Shown here: piece after piece, positions 9,725 to 18,935 of the stretch | How positions within the stretch are numbered: the first letter of the stretch is position 1 | Layout: every line of letters starts with the position of its first letter | Origin: Candidatus Woesebacteria bacterium GW2011_GWB1_38_8b | GTDB lineage: Bacteria; Patescibacteriota; Microgenomatia; UBA8517 | NCBI GenBank assembly: GCA_000993115.1 | Contig: LBVN01000001.1 | Coordinates: 19,924-83,923 of the forward strand | DNA length: 64,000 nt | Direction of reading: 5' to 3' | The notes under the pieces: generated by a model | What the model was told of the DNA's origin: nothing | The model's database searches: none | The model's input: the letters and a program-made list of their open reading frames with translations, nothing else | Translations under genes and position numbers: made by a program

Positions 9725-10698
9725 TAGAAAAGAACACTGTAATCCAGTATATCAACAGCCCCGGCGCTATCATGGTTTAGATTGGCTCTCGGATCGTAAC
9801 CCACCTGACCGGGTAATTTTCCAAAACTGGCAAATAAAATACTGTAATCAAGGATATCTACATTTCCGTCGCAGTTTGCATCTCCCGACCAACAATTAGG
9901 TGTTGGTGTTAAAGTATTTGTAATAGTGACAGGGGGGACAGTCCCTGTTGGCGTCATTGTGGGAGTGGGAGTGGGAGTTGGTGTTCGAGTCGGTGTAGGT
10001 GTGAATGTCGCTGTAGGTGTCGGTGTACGAGTCGGTGATGGTGTTGCCGTTGGCGTGGCTGTCGGAGTGTTTGTTACAACAGGATTAAGCGTAAAAGTCG
10101 AACCGGTTGAAGCAATAATCTGAGCCTCAGCTGTCATATTTACTATCTGAGAATCACTAACAGTAAAAGCAAGTTGAGAACTCACATTTGTTTGAGTAGT
10201 TGAGGATCGCACAGAAAAATTTGCAATCTCGAAAGTTCCTGTCGGGGGATTTGCCCTATCAAGCTCATCCAAACCAAGTGCAATTACAACTCTTCCTGTT
10301 GAATTCGCTTCCGCCATTGTCGTTTTAACGATCCAGGGGTCAGTTGCAGGCTCACGATTCTGTCTTAACCTCGTAGTTGTAGTTACTTCACTTGCCAAAT
10401 TAATTTGTGCAGGATTAAATGTCAATACAACTCTTGTAAAACCAATTAGCTGAGTTCCTGCACTTAAATTAACCCGAACCGTTGCATTCGGAGGTAGAGT
10501 CGCACTTGCCGGGGTTGTACTTAAAGTAACTGTCGTCACCGCTGCTTTGGGAACATATTGAACCGCTTTCCTTACAATAAATATAGCGGCGGGAAGTCCG
10601 ATTAATATTACAAGAAGGAGTGCCAATCTGGCCATAGTACCTTTCGGTAAATAGGACGATATTTTATGGGTAAATTTCATACCTAACTTAAAAAACAA
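9703..10698 (-). CDS. Cohesin + PT linker + dockerin protein (adaptor scaffoldin-like)
   Basis: N-terminal TM; cohesin-like domain; PT repeats; duplicated Ca-loop GDANCDGNVDILDY...ANLNHDSAGAVDILDY. Confidence 0.8.
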   Translation of the reverse strand: MFFKLGMKFTHKISSYLPKGTMARLALLLVILIGLPAAIFIVRKAVQYVPKAAVTTVTLSTTPASATLPPNATVRVNLSAGTQLIGFTRVVLTFNPAQINLASEVTTTTRLRQNREPATDPWIVKTTMAEANSTGRVVIALGLDELDRANPPTGTFEIANFSVRSSTTQTNVSSQLAFTVSDSQIVNMTAEAQIIASTGSTFTLNPVVTNTPTATPTATPSPTRTPTPTATFTPTPTRTPTPTPTPTMTPTGTVPPVTITNTLTPTPNCWSGDANCDGNVDILDYSILFASFGKLPGQVGYDPRANLNHDSAGAVDILDYSVLFYNFGHRS

Positions 10699-10746
10699 TC
10701 TATTGACTAAATATGGCAGAATAATTCAAACGCGTCAAGCGTATTT

Positions 10747-12102
10747 TCAGTGATAATTTGACATCCAAATTACATAATCGGCTCCATCAACTCGTCCCGA
10801 ACTATTAAAGTCTCCAACAACGCGTCCTTGTGATGTTGTTTGGTTAAAATGATTAAGCCAGATAATATAGTCGACACCATCAACTCTCCCGTCACCATTT
10901 GCATCCCCCTGAACCAAAACTGTAGTTGGAGTTGGTGTTGGCGTACGAGTCGCTGTTGGAGTGGGTGTATTTGTTACGGCAGGTGTAGGGGTTGGAGTCG
11001 ATTGAGTTGAACCAGGCACCCAACCAGCAAGTTGGGCCATTAAAACCCAATAAGCTTTTGCTATTCTTACGTTTGCAGCACCCATACTGAAGTGGCCATT
11101 TTCGGTTTCTACTGTGTAATGTTGACAAATTGCCGGCTGGTTAATTCTATCATCAGGCCAATTTTCACAAACTGAGGTATTTTGACAATATAACACCCCG
11201 TCCCGGTTATCGTAACATTCCCTACCATCGGGCAGTGTGGCTTCGACATCCGCAAAATCAAGAAGTATTCTATAACGACCATTAGAATCCCGTCCGGAAT
11301 TGATAAATTGACGCATTTGATTATTAAAATTTGTTGAAACTTGTGTACCAATACTTCTTGCTAGACTCGTTGTCTGAAAGACAAAATATTTATTGCTATG
11401 TGCGACCAAACGTCTATCAAGATCGTAGACATCAGCTTTGTCACTGGAGTTATTATAAAAAAAACCACAACGTGGTTGATTACTCCCCCCGCAACTTGTT
11501 AAATTAGCTATAGAATCTCCATCCATCACATTCAAGTAGCTAAACTGGTAAGTATAAACATCAAAATCGTTTAAACTTCTCCCACCCTGAACCTGATTAT
11601 TATCAAGAAAAGTTATGTAATCGTTTGTCATTGTATACCACGTTGAAGCAAACCCTTCATGAATCCAGTTTGCACGATTGTAGCCACCAGTCCTACTCCA
11701 ATAAATATACTCAGGACTAAGATTATAACTTGGGTCGTTATGTACTAATTTTGTACACGTAAAGCTTGCTTGCGAACTTGATGGTGCTTCAAAGCAAGTT
11801 AACGCATCATTAGTAGTTACCCCTACGGAACGATTTCCAAATATTAACCTAATCTTTTCAGCCCTACAGAAATAACTTATTACACCAGTACTATCGTCTA
11901 TACAGTCACCATTTGAATCAGTAGTTGTAAAATCGGGGATTTGTTCGAAAAGAGCAATAGAATTTCTGTTAACAATTATTGGGGACTGCTGCAAGCGAAC
12001 GGATAAATTGGGATCTACCTGCGCATACACATTGCTCCTGCCAATCGAAAGTAATAAAAATGAAAAACAGACGGCAATAACCCTCTTGATAACTTTATAC
12101 AT
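10747..12102 (-). CDS. Secreted SGNH-like hydrolase with C-terminal dockerin
   Basis: Signal peptide; FGNRSVG...LDFADVE...ENGH...AKAYWVLMAQLAGW; PT linker; GDANGDGRVDGVDYIIW-type repeat x2; paralog of 14580..15908. Confidence 0.65.
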   Translation of the reverse strand: MYKVIKRVIAVCFSFLLLSIGRSNVYAQVDPNLSVRLQQSPIIVNRNSIALFEQIPDFTTTDSNGDCIDDSTGVISYFCRAEKIRLIFGNRSVGVTTNDALTCFEAPSSSQASFTCTKLVHNDPSYNLSPEYIYWSRTGGYNRANWIHEGFASTWYTMTNDYITFLDNNQVQGGRSLNDFDVYTYQFSYLNVMDGDSIANLTSCGGSNQPRCGFFYNNSSDKADVYDLDRRLVAHSNKYFVFQTTSLARSIGTQVSTNFNNQMRQFINSGRDSNGRYRILLDFADVEATLPDGRECYDNRDGVLYCQNTSVCENWPDDRINQPAICQHYTVETENGHFSMGAANVRIAKAYWVLMAQLAGWVPGSTQSTPTPTPAVTNTPTPTATRTPTPTPTTVLVQGDANGDGRVDGVDYIIWLNHFNQTTSQGRVVGDFNSSGRVDGADYVIWMSNYH

Positions 12103-12164
12103 CTATAGATTTTCAATCATCCGGCAGTAATTTGCAACTACTTCGACCGGACAGTATCTCTTAA

Positions 12165-14513
12165 TCAAATACCATAATTATTTAACCAAATTATATAGTC
12201 TGCCCCGTCAACTTTTCCGGAATTATTAAAATCTCCGTTACTATAACCACTGGCATTTTGATCGTAATGATTTAGCCAGATAACATAATCCGCTCCATCT
12301 ACTTTTCCGTCACTATTTGCATCCCCCGGAATGACGGTCGGTGTTGGAGTGAGGGTTGTCTCTGTTGGTGTGGTGTTTAATAAAATTATTGCATCATTTG
12401 GTTGAAGAGTAACTTGATTCACAACACCTCCATCGTTATACCTTGCAATGCTTACAACTTTGAAAGCATCTCCTATGACCACGCCTGTACCCAAAGGCTT
12501 GATAACAACAGTCGACGTCTGATTAAAGTTAAATTTTCCCAAACTGTGCCAGCCAAGAGAACCCAAGGACTGATCAAGGTTGACATCAACTCCATTAATA
12601 CTAACAGTGACATTCTTGCTATAGGTAGTTAATGGTGCCACCCATGCCAAAACATCGTACTCTCCCGCATACGGAATTGTAAAATTGTACGTAAGGCTTG
12701 CATTTGCATTTGGAGCGTTTATTGAATGAATCTTTAATCCCCATTGGTCAAAACTTGCGGCAAGTATAGACCATGAACCGACAGCTATTGCCTGATCGTC
12801 ATCAATTCTTTGAAAATAAAGTGGGGCTTGAGAACCGTTAAGTTTCCGATAAGTTTTATCAAGTGTCACGGTTTGCTGCAGAGGCCCCTCGTTTAGAAGT
12901 ATTGTCCCGTTTTTAAAATGTCTTTGCCATACTCCTCCGACACCCTCCTGAAAGACAATATCGTCAAAGTAAATATCACCGGCAGCTATTCCTAAATCAA
13001 AAAGTAACGTACCATTTGTCCCTGTCCCTATAGCCTTCATTACGTAATAGTACTGCGTCCAATCAGTAAAAAAACGTATGTTATATGCAGCTTGCGCTAA
13101 ATATTCCCATGCACCTCCTGCTCTTTGGATTCTTACCCCGTTATAACGCGAGGTGTTGGCTTTAGCTTTAAAACTTAACGTATAATACTTTCCCGCCTCA
13201 ACTGAAACATAATTTTCTCTGAAAGTCACCCACCCACTTGATGCTCCTCCTATTTGAATGTGAGCAGAGCCGTTTTCTATATTATAGGTTGCTACAACAG
13301 TACTCCCGCTCGTACTTACAAACCAGGGACTAGTACCTGAAGAAAAGTTCCCGTTTACCACCTGATCGGGAGCAGTAATTTGGGAAATTAGCATCGGTGA
13401 GTCGATAGACTGTCCCAAGTATCCCAGCGACGAAACCTGACCTCGGGTACCGTATTCGTCATACCACCAGTTGGATCCCCACATATAGGGACCAAGATCA
13501 TAATGATACATTCCTCCCGCCATCATGGTTGAAACCAACCCAAAGCGCATCCGGTTATAATCAGTGCCATATTCAACCATCATTTCAGGTTTTATTGCCG
13601 TCCAGATATTTTGGAAATTATATTTGCTTCTCATTGTGACGCTGTCGGGAGTGTTTAACACACTAGTAGTGTTGGGAGAAATTGTGTTTTTTGATGTCCA
13701 TACGGAGAAATTATGGATTATTTCGGACCAAGGTCTACCGTAATCATTATCCAAATATCTTTTTATATCCATTTCAAATAATCGACCATTAATCCACTGG
13801 CTGAAATAAGGTGGAGAACCATTACAAAAAATAATCATGCCTGGGAAAGCAGCTCGGAGTCTTTGAAAAATATCAATTACACCTGAGGCATGATCGGCGT
13901 TTACAGTTGCTATATCATCGGGCACGCCATCAACATTCGCGTCAATATCATTGCCTAGTGTAATTGAAACTCCCGAATCATCAACCAAGTCAACTGTTAT
14001 GCCATCAAAATGACCGCCACTTAAATTCCAACGATTTATAAGATAATTTACTATAGTATCTCTACAATAAGTGTTACCCAAATTGGCATAGGCAGCATTA
14101 TATGTGACATCGCGTAAAATTGTCCCTACGGAATTTCGCAATATGCAAGCATAGTCTGGCGAACCAGGAGAAGCATTCCACCACTGAGGTTGGTTATCTA
14201 GACCTCTTCCCGGATCACTGGCAGTAATAATTGTAGCCGTAACTAAAACTTTCGTATTTGGATTTAGCGCATGAACAGCATCAGCCCGATCCTTAGATGA
14301 TTGGCTTGTGCCTGCCGAAGCCATTGACCAAAGATTAAAACCTGCAAAATAATCAGCATTGGTATTCGTATTGTATCCGCCCCACCAATTTAATATACGT
14401 GGATAACCTGAATCAGCATAAACATTTTTAGCAAAGCCTAATAAGGCAACCAAACTGCAAACAAATACAAAGCACATCTTGGTTAGACTTGTTATCACAA
14501 CCTCATTATACAA
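12165..14513 (-). CDS. Secreted putative glycoside hydrolase (GHL15-like) with CBM4/9-like and golvesin-like inserts and dockerin
   Basis: YPRILNW, FDGITVD, MRFGLVSTMM, WWYDEY..GYLGQ, GVWQRHFKNG; VVNGNFSSG CBM start; dockerin; paralog of 34445..36694. Confidence 0.7.
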   Translation of the reverse strand: MYNEVVITSLTKMCFVFVCSLVALLGFAKNVYADSGYPRILNWWGGYNTNTNADYFAGFNLWSMASAGTSQSSKDRADAVHALNPNTKVLVTATIITASDPGRGLDNQPQWWNASPGSPDYACILRNSVGTILRDVTYNAAYANLGNTYCRDTIVNYLINRWNLSGGHFDGITVDLVDDSGVSITLGNDIDANVDGVPDDIATVNADHASGVIDIFQRLRAAFPGMIIFCNGSPPYFSQWINGRLFEMDIKRYLDNDYGRPWSEIIHNFSVWTSKNTISPNTTSVLNTPDSVTMRSKYNFQNIWTAIKPEMMVEYGTDYNRMRFGLVSTMMAGGMYHYDLGPYMWGSNWWYDEYGTRGQVSSLGYLGQSIDSPMLISQITAPDQVVNGNFSSGTSPWFVSTSGSTVVATYNIENGSAHIQIGGASSGWVTFRENYVSVEAGKYYTLSFKAKANTSRYNGVRIQRAGGAWEYLAQAAYNIRFFTDWTQYYYVMKAIGTGTNGTLLFDLGIAAGDIYFDDIVFQEGVGGVWQRHFKNGTILLNEGPLQQTVTLDKTYRKLNGSQAPLYFQRIDDDQAIAVGSWSILAASFDQWGLKIHSINAPNANASLTYNFTIPYAGEYDVLAWVAPLTTYSKNVTVSINGVDVNLDQSLGSLGWHSLGKFNFNQTSTVVIKPLGTGVVIGDAFKVVSIARYNDGGVVNQVTLQPNDAIILLNTTPTETTLTPTPTVIPGDANSDGKVDGADYVIWLNHYDQNASGYSNGDFNNSGKVDGADYIIWLNNYGI

Positions 14514-14579
14514 TTCTTTTAAATGTCCAAATATGAAGTATATTATCGGTTTAAAACTTTGGTAGCGGTACTAATGAAG

Positions 14580-15908
14580 CTATGAACTATAATTGTTAAC
14601 CCAAATAACATAATCCAAGCCATTAACCACACCATCAGAATTAAAATCTCCGTCCAACCTGCCCCAGGAGGTGTTTTGGTTAAAGTGAGAAAGCCAAATT
14701 ACGTAATCAACTCCATCCACCCGACCGTCACTATTTGCGTCAGCCTGATTGTATGACGGAATCGGAGTGAATGTTGGAGTTGGAGTTCTTGTTGACGTTA
14801 CCGTCTGAGTTGGTGTCGCGGTTATTTGTTGCTGTCCTGGGACCCAACCCGCAATCTGAGCAAGTAAAATCCAGTATGCTTTCGCCGATCTTATTAAACC
14901 GCCGCCCAATGTAAGGTGTCCGTTGTCTTGTTCAACAGTATAATTTTGGCAAATAGCCGGGTAATTTTGCCCATCATCAGGATAATTTTCTTGAAAGGTA
15001 GTCATGGGTGTGCAAGCCACACCTTCTTGTTTACGAACATAAGCCACCCCATCTCGGTTATCATAACAACTCACACCGCCTGGTGTATGAGAAATTATAT
15101 CTGCAAAATCAAACAGTATTTTATGATTAGAACTGGCAAAGCTTCGCATCTGATTATTAAACACCTCTCCATCTTCAGCACCGATACTTCTCGCATAACT
15201 TGTAGTCCAATAAATAAAAGCTTTATTTATGTACTGACTTTCAAGCTCAGTAATTCGGCCAATATGCCAGGGTTCATAGCTGTCATGACAGCCTGCCCTG
15301 TTTTGGGTCACCATAAAACCACATAGCGGATTGGCAATATTTGGTTGTTCATTGGTATTTCCTCCAATGTTAAGGTAGCTAAATTGATAGGTAACAATGT
15401 CATAACTGGCGATATTTTGGGGAAATAATGTACTTATAAAATTATCAGTTAAACTGTACCAGGACCCCTCCCGAAAAAGATATACAATATTACTGCGGTT
15501 ATATTTCGCAGGGTCCGGTGTAAATCTAATATCCTGCGGCACCACTCCATTATTCAAGTCTATCTGGTTATACATTCTACTGCACCATTGATTTGTATCA
15601 AAATAAGTTTTACGGCAGGAATTTGGTGACATTGCCCAACTTGTTGCTGTTAAACAGTCAAGTGACTCATTTATATTTTGACCAACGGAGCGGTCAGAGA
15701 AAAACACTCTGATATTTCTGGCGCGCTGCAAATAGTTTTCAGGGATTTGGTCAAATAAACCCAGTGAATTGTGATCGACTACGATTGGATTTGTCTGAAG
15801 GCGAGTTCTCAAGTTCGGGTCAACTTGAGCCTTCGTAATACTTGCAGATAATGAGAAAAAACACACCGCTAAAATTGATAAAAACAATAACTTGAACTCT
15901 TTTTTCAT
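14580..15908 (-). CDS. Secreted SGNH-like hydrolase with C-terminal dockerin
   Basis: FSDRSVGQNI...LFDFADIISH...QDNGHL...AKAYWILLAQIAGW; dockerin. Confidence 0.65.
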   Translation of the reverse strand: MKKEFKLLFLSILAVCFFSLSASITKAQVDPNLRTRLQTNPIVVDHNSLGLFDQIPENYLQRARNIRVFFSDRSVGQNINESLDCLTATSWAMSPNSCRKTYFDTNQWCSRMYNQIDLNNGVVPQDIRFTPDPAKYNRSNIVYLFREGSWYSLTDNFISTLFPQNIASYDIVTYQFSYLNIGGNTNEQPNIANPLCGFMVTQNRAGCHDSYEPWHIGRITELESQYINKAFIYWTTSYARSIGAEDGEVFNNQMRSFASSNHKILFDFADIISHTPGGVSCYDNRDGVAYVRKQEGVACTPMTTFQENYPDDGQNYPAICQNYTVEQDNGHLTLGGGLIRSAKAYWILLAQIAGWVPGQQQITATPTQTVTSTRTPTPTFTPIPSYNQADANSDGRVDGVDYVIWLSHFNQNTSWGRLDGDFNSDGVVNGLDYVIWVNNYSS

Positions 15909-15930
15909 CTAATGGTTTTGAATAGGTTAA

Positions 15931-18924
15931 TTAATTGTAATTTGTAAGCCAAATCACGTAATCTGCTCCGTTTACAACTCCATCGTTATTAAAGTCGCCA
16001 CTGCTTGCTCCGCTAACATTCTGGCTAAAATGACTAAGCCATATTACATAATCTGCTCCGTCCACACGTCGGTCACCATTTGCATCCCCGGGAATATCTA
16101 CTGGTGTAGGAGTTTGTGTTACCGTAGGAGTTGGGTCGCCGTTTGACGGTGCTTCAATTGCAGCCACCAAATTTTGGATATAAAACAAATCTCCCCTCTC
16201 GAAAGCAGGAACATCCAGATACTTGATTAATTCTTCCCTGGGTTCATTTAATATGTAAGCTTTAGCCAAGAAAAGGGCATGATAATTGTAAAGGGTTTGT
16301 GTGCCCGACTCGCCCATGTCATTTTCAAAACGGTTCACAAACCAGTATTGATTTAAATATTGGTATTCAGCCAAGGCTGTATTAACCTTAGCGGTAGCAT
16401 TAGCGGCTAAATAATCACCCAACTCGGGCGTAAGCCATATAAAATTTCTCGCTGTATCGTATTTATGGCGGATAGAATCGGTGGGAAAAGAAAACGACTC
16501 CTTGGAAAAAGCCGACGCACGCCAGGTTAGAAGCCTGTTTAATTCATTAGTGACATTAGTCCGCAACGTTCCATCAGTTGAAACCATTCCGGCCAGAGTC
16601 TGCAACTGTAAAAAGCCGTTATAGCCGGCGATCTGGCTATTAATGTCATAAGGCGCGTTGGTCATAAAATAACTATCGCTAGTGGCCGGTACTTTTACTT
16701 TTGATTTAGCCAAATCATAAATTTGCCTGGTGGTTGGGCGGGCAGATTCGGGAATATTGGCCGCATATTTCCATAAGGCATAAAGATTATGCTGGGGATA
16801 ATTCCAGGCATGACCATTGGAATAGAGTTGTTTGGGGTGGTTTTGGTAATCGCCAACTACCTCAGGCGGTCTTACCGCAGGATGTCTTTCTTCGCCCTCG
16901 GACCACCCTTGTTGGGAGTAAGCAATCGGTGAAAAATATTCTGGCCACACTAAATCCCGTAAGTATGTAGCCACACTAGTTTTATTAGTTTGATTAAGAT
17001 GAGGATAGGCAAGAGTTAGCGCCATTAATGTGTCGCCGGGATTGATAAAATATGTGGGCAACATCCCATAAGTAGCTATATTACCTTGGCCCTGATTATA
17101 GTAACCGGGTTTGAGTAAACCAGCTGACACGATTTTTTGGATTTCATTGTCTAAAATGGAATTTAGGTTGGGAGTAGATACGGAGGTTTGGCTAGATTGG
17201 ACTGGCAAATAGTTTTTTTTACCCTGCGAAGTTCCCGTGCCTAAAGCGATGATTGCATTAGACCTGTGGATAAACAACCTGCCGTTATGTGGGATGAACG
17301 GATTTTGAACACCGTGGCTATTGAAAACACCGTTGGAGGTTTTAATACCATCATCAGATGTGCTGTACCAATCGCGAGCGCCTACATAGGTTCCTTGGTG
17401 GCGGGAAATGGCTCCATCCCAGATATACCACATTTCATCATAACCGGGAGCCAGACGGGAAATGGCAGTGCCTGATGTAAGATATGGCCAGTATTCTATG
17501 CCCGCTGCTGTCCGGCTAGTACCATATGAAGCGGCTACCCTATCACAGCACAAACTGGTATAAATTCTGTTTCCTCCCATGGAGAGGGAAAGGGGTTCAT
17601 CCCGGGCATAGTTACGGCTGCCGGCCATAGAAATTTTATTAGGGGAATCCAAATTCCAGCCGGCGATAATGCCTCGGATGGTAAAAGTTCCGATACCTTG
17701 GGGCACAGTATAAGAAGTTGTGATGTATAAAATGTTGTTACTGCCAACGGCTGGCGGGTACATTGGGCCGGATTCTACCCCCCACCAAATTACCGGAATA
17801 GATTCGCTCAGACCGTCATTATCGGAATCAAAAGTAAATTCCTGACCGTTTGATTGATTAATTACAAAATATTTCTTCCGCCAGGGTTTATGATTCGGGC
17901 GTAAAAGGCCAGCCGTGTCACCGATCTGTTCCTGGGCGTTTGGAGTTTCCAAATACTCGCGAATAACGGTTGGCTCGTAAACATCATATCCTCCTGACCA
18001 GGATTCGGGGCCAAGATTTACTCCTAAAACATTATCGGGTGCCACCTGATTAAAATCGTAAATTTCGGCGTGGATAAATTGAGTTTTGTTTTCCTGCATG
18101 TTCATTGACATAGTTCCGGGGTCATAACCATCGCGGTAAGGAGCAGAAAGGCCAAAAATAACTTTATCCCGCCAGACCACCGGCCAATAGGCACCAAAAG
18201 GCTCACCGATTTGGATACCTGTATTCCAAACAACGGCACCAGTACCGGCTCTGAGGGCATAAAAACGGTTATTCATGGCCGATGCATATACAATACCGTC
18301 TTTATACGCAGCTGATGTCTGGAATGAACTTTGATTTTGTGCCACGTACCTCCACACAACATTACCCTGACTTGGGTGACCCTGACCGCCTATGGCATAA
18401 AAATTTCCATCGCGGTTGCCGATCAAAACCAAAGTTTGATTATTAGTATAACTGTCTTTAATAACCAAAGGGTTGGCACTAAAGCCGGCGCCAGCTTCGT
18501 AGGACCAATATAACTGGCCGGTAGCTGCATTTAAGGCATAGAGTTTGTGATCGAAACCGCCGACATAGACGACATTTTCAAAAATAGTTGGGGAATGTCC
18601 GAGGGGCAACTGGGTATCAAAACGCCAGACAGTGTCGCCGTTAGTAGCATTAAGAGCATATAAACCCTTTCCCGTTGATACGTATATCATATTATTAAAC
18701 GCCACCAACTGGACGTGCTGAGGGATGTAAGCTTCAATAGGTCTATACCATTCAACGTTCAAACTACCGGAAACTTCCTGGCTGACCCAGCTTGTTCTTG
18801 CTGGGTTTGCTCCTGCCATTGACCAATCCGAAGATGTCTGTGCATAAATCACACTAACCTTTCCACTAAAAAACAGAATTAAAAATAAAAATACGGAGAA
18901 TATTCTTCTAACTTTTTTAAACAT
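15931..18924 (-). CDS. Secreted PQQ/BamB-like beta-propeller + helical-domain protein with dockerin (paralog 1)
   Basis: DWSMAGANPARTS, repeated LYALNAxxGxxxW blades; dockerin. Confidence 0.75.
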   Translation of the reverse strand: MFKKVRRIFSVFLFLILFFSGKVSVIYAQTSSDWSMAGANPARTSWVSQEVSGSLNVEWYRPIEAYIPQHVQLVAFNNMIYVSTGKGLYALNATNGDTVWRFDTQLPLGHSPTIFENVVYVGGFDHKLYALNAATGQLYWSYEAGAGFSANPLVIKDSYTNNQTLVLIGNRDGNFYAIGGQGHPSQGNVVWRYVAQNQSSFQTSAAYKDGIVYASAMNNRFYALRAGTGAVVWNTGIQIGEPFGAYWPVVWRDKVIFGLSAPYRDGYDPGTMSMNMQENKTQFIHAEIYDFNQVAPDNVLGVNLGPESWSGGYDVYEPTVIREYLETPNAQEQIGDTAGLLRPNHKPWRKKYFVINQSNGQEFTFDSDNDGLSESIPVIWWGVESGPMYPPAVGSNNILYITTSYTVPQGIGTFTIRGIIAGWNLDSPNKISMAGSRNYARDEPLSLSMGGNRIYTSLCCDRVAASYGTSRTAAGIEYWPYLTSGTAISRLAPGYDEMWYIWDGAISRHQGTYVGARDWYSTSDDGIKTSNGVFNSHGVQNPFIPHNGRLFIHRSNAIIALGTGTSQGKKNYLPVQSSQTSVSTPNLNSILDNEIQKIVSAGLLKPGYYNQGQGNIATYGMLPTYFINPGDTLMALTLAYPHLNQTNKTSVATYLRDLVWPEYFSPIAYSQQGWSEGEERHPAVRPPEVVGDYQNHPKQLYSNGHAWNYPQHNLYALWKYAANIPESARPTTRQIYDLAKSKVKVPATSDSYFMTNAPYDINSQIAGYNGFLQLQTLAGMVSTDGTLRTNVTNELNRLLTWRASAFSKESFSFPTDSIRHKYDTARNFIWLTPELGDYLAANATAKVNTALAEYQYLNQYWFVNRFENDMGESGTQTLYNYHALFLAKAYILNEPREELIKYLDVPAFERGDLFYIQNLVAAIEAPSNGDPTPTVTQTPTPVDIPGDANGDRRVDGADYVIWLSHFSQNVSGASSGDFNNDGVVNGADYVIWLTNYN

Positions 18925-18935
18925 TAATAATTATA

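Noticed and set aside
8369-10123. Plus-strand Val/Gly-rich ORFs (8369..8713, 9926..10123)
   Set aside because: Antisense shadows of Pro/Thr linker codons.
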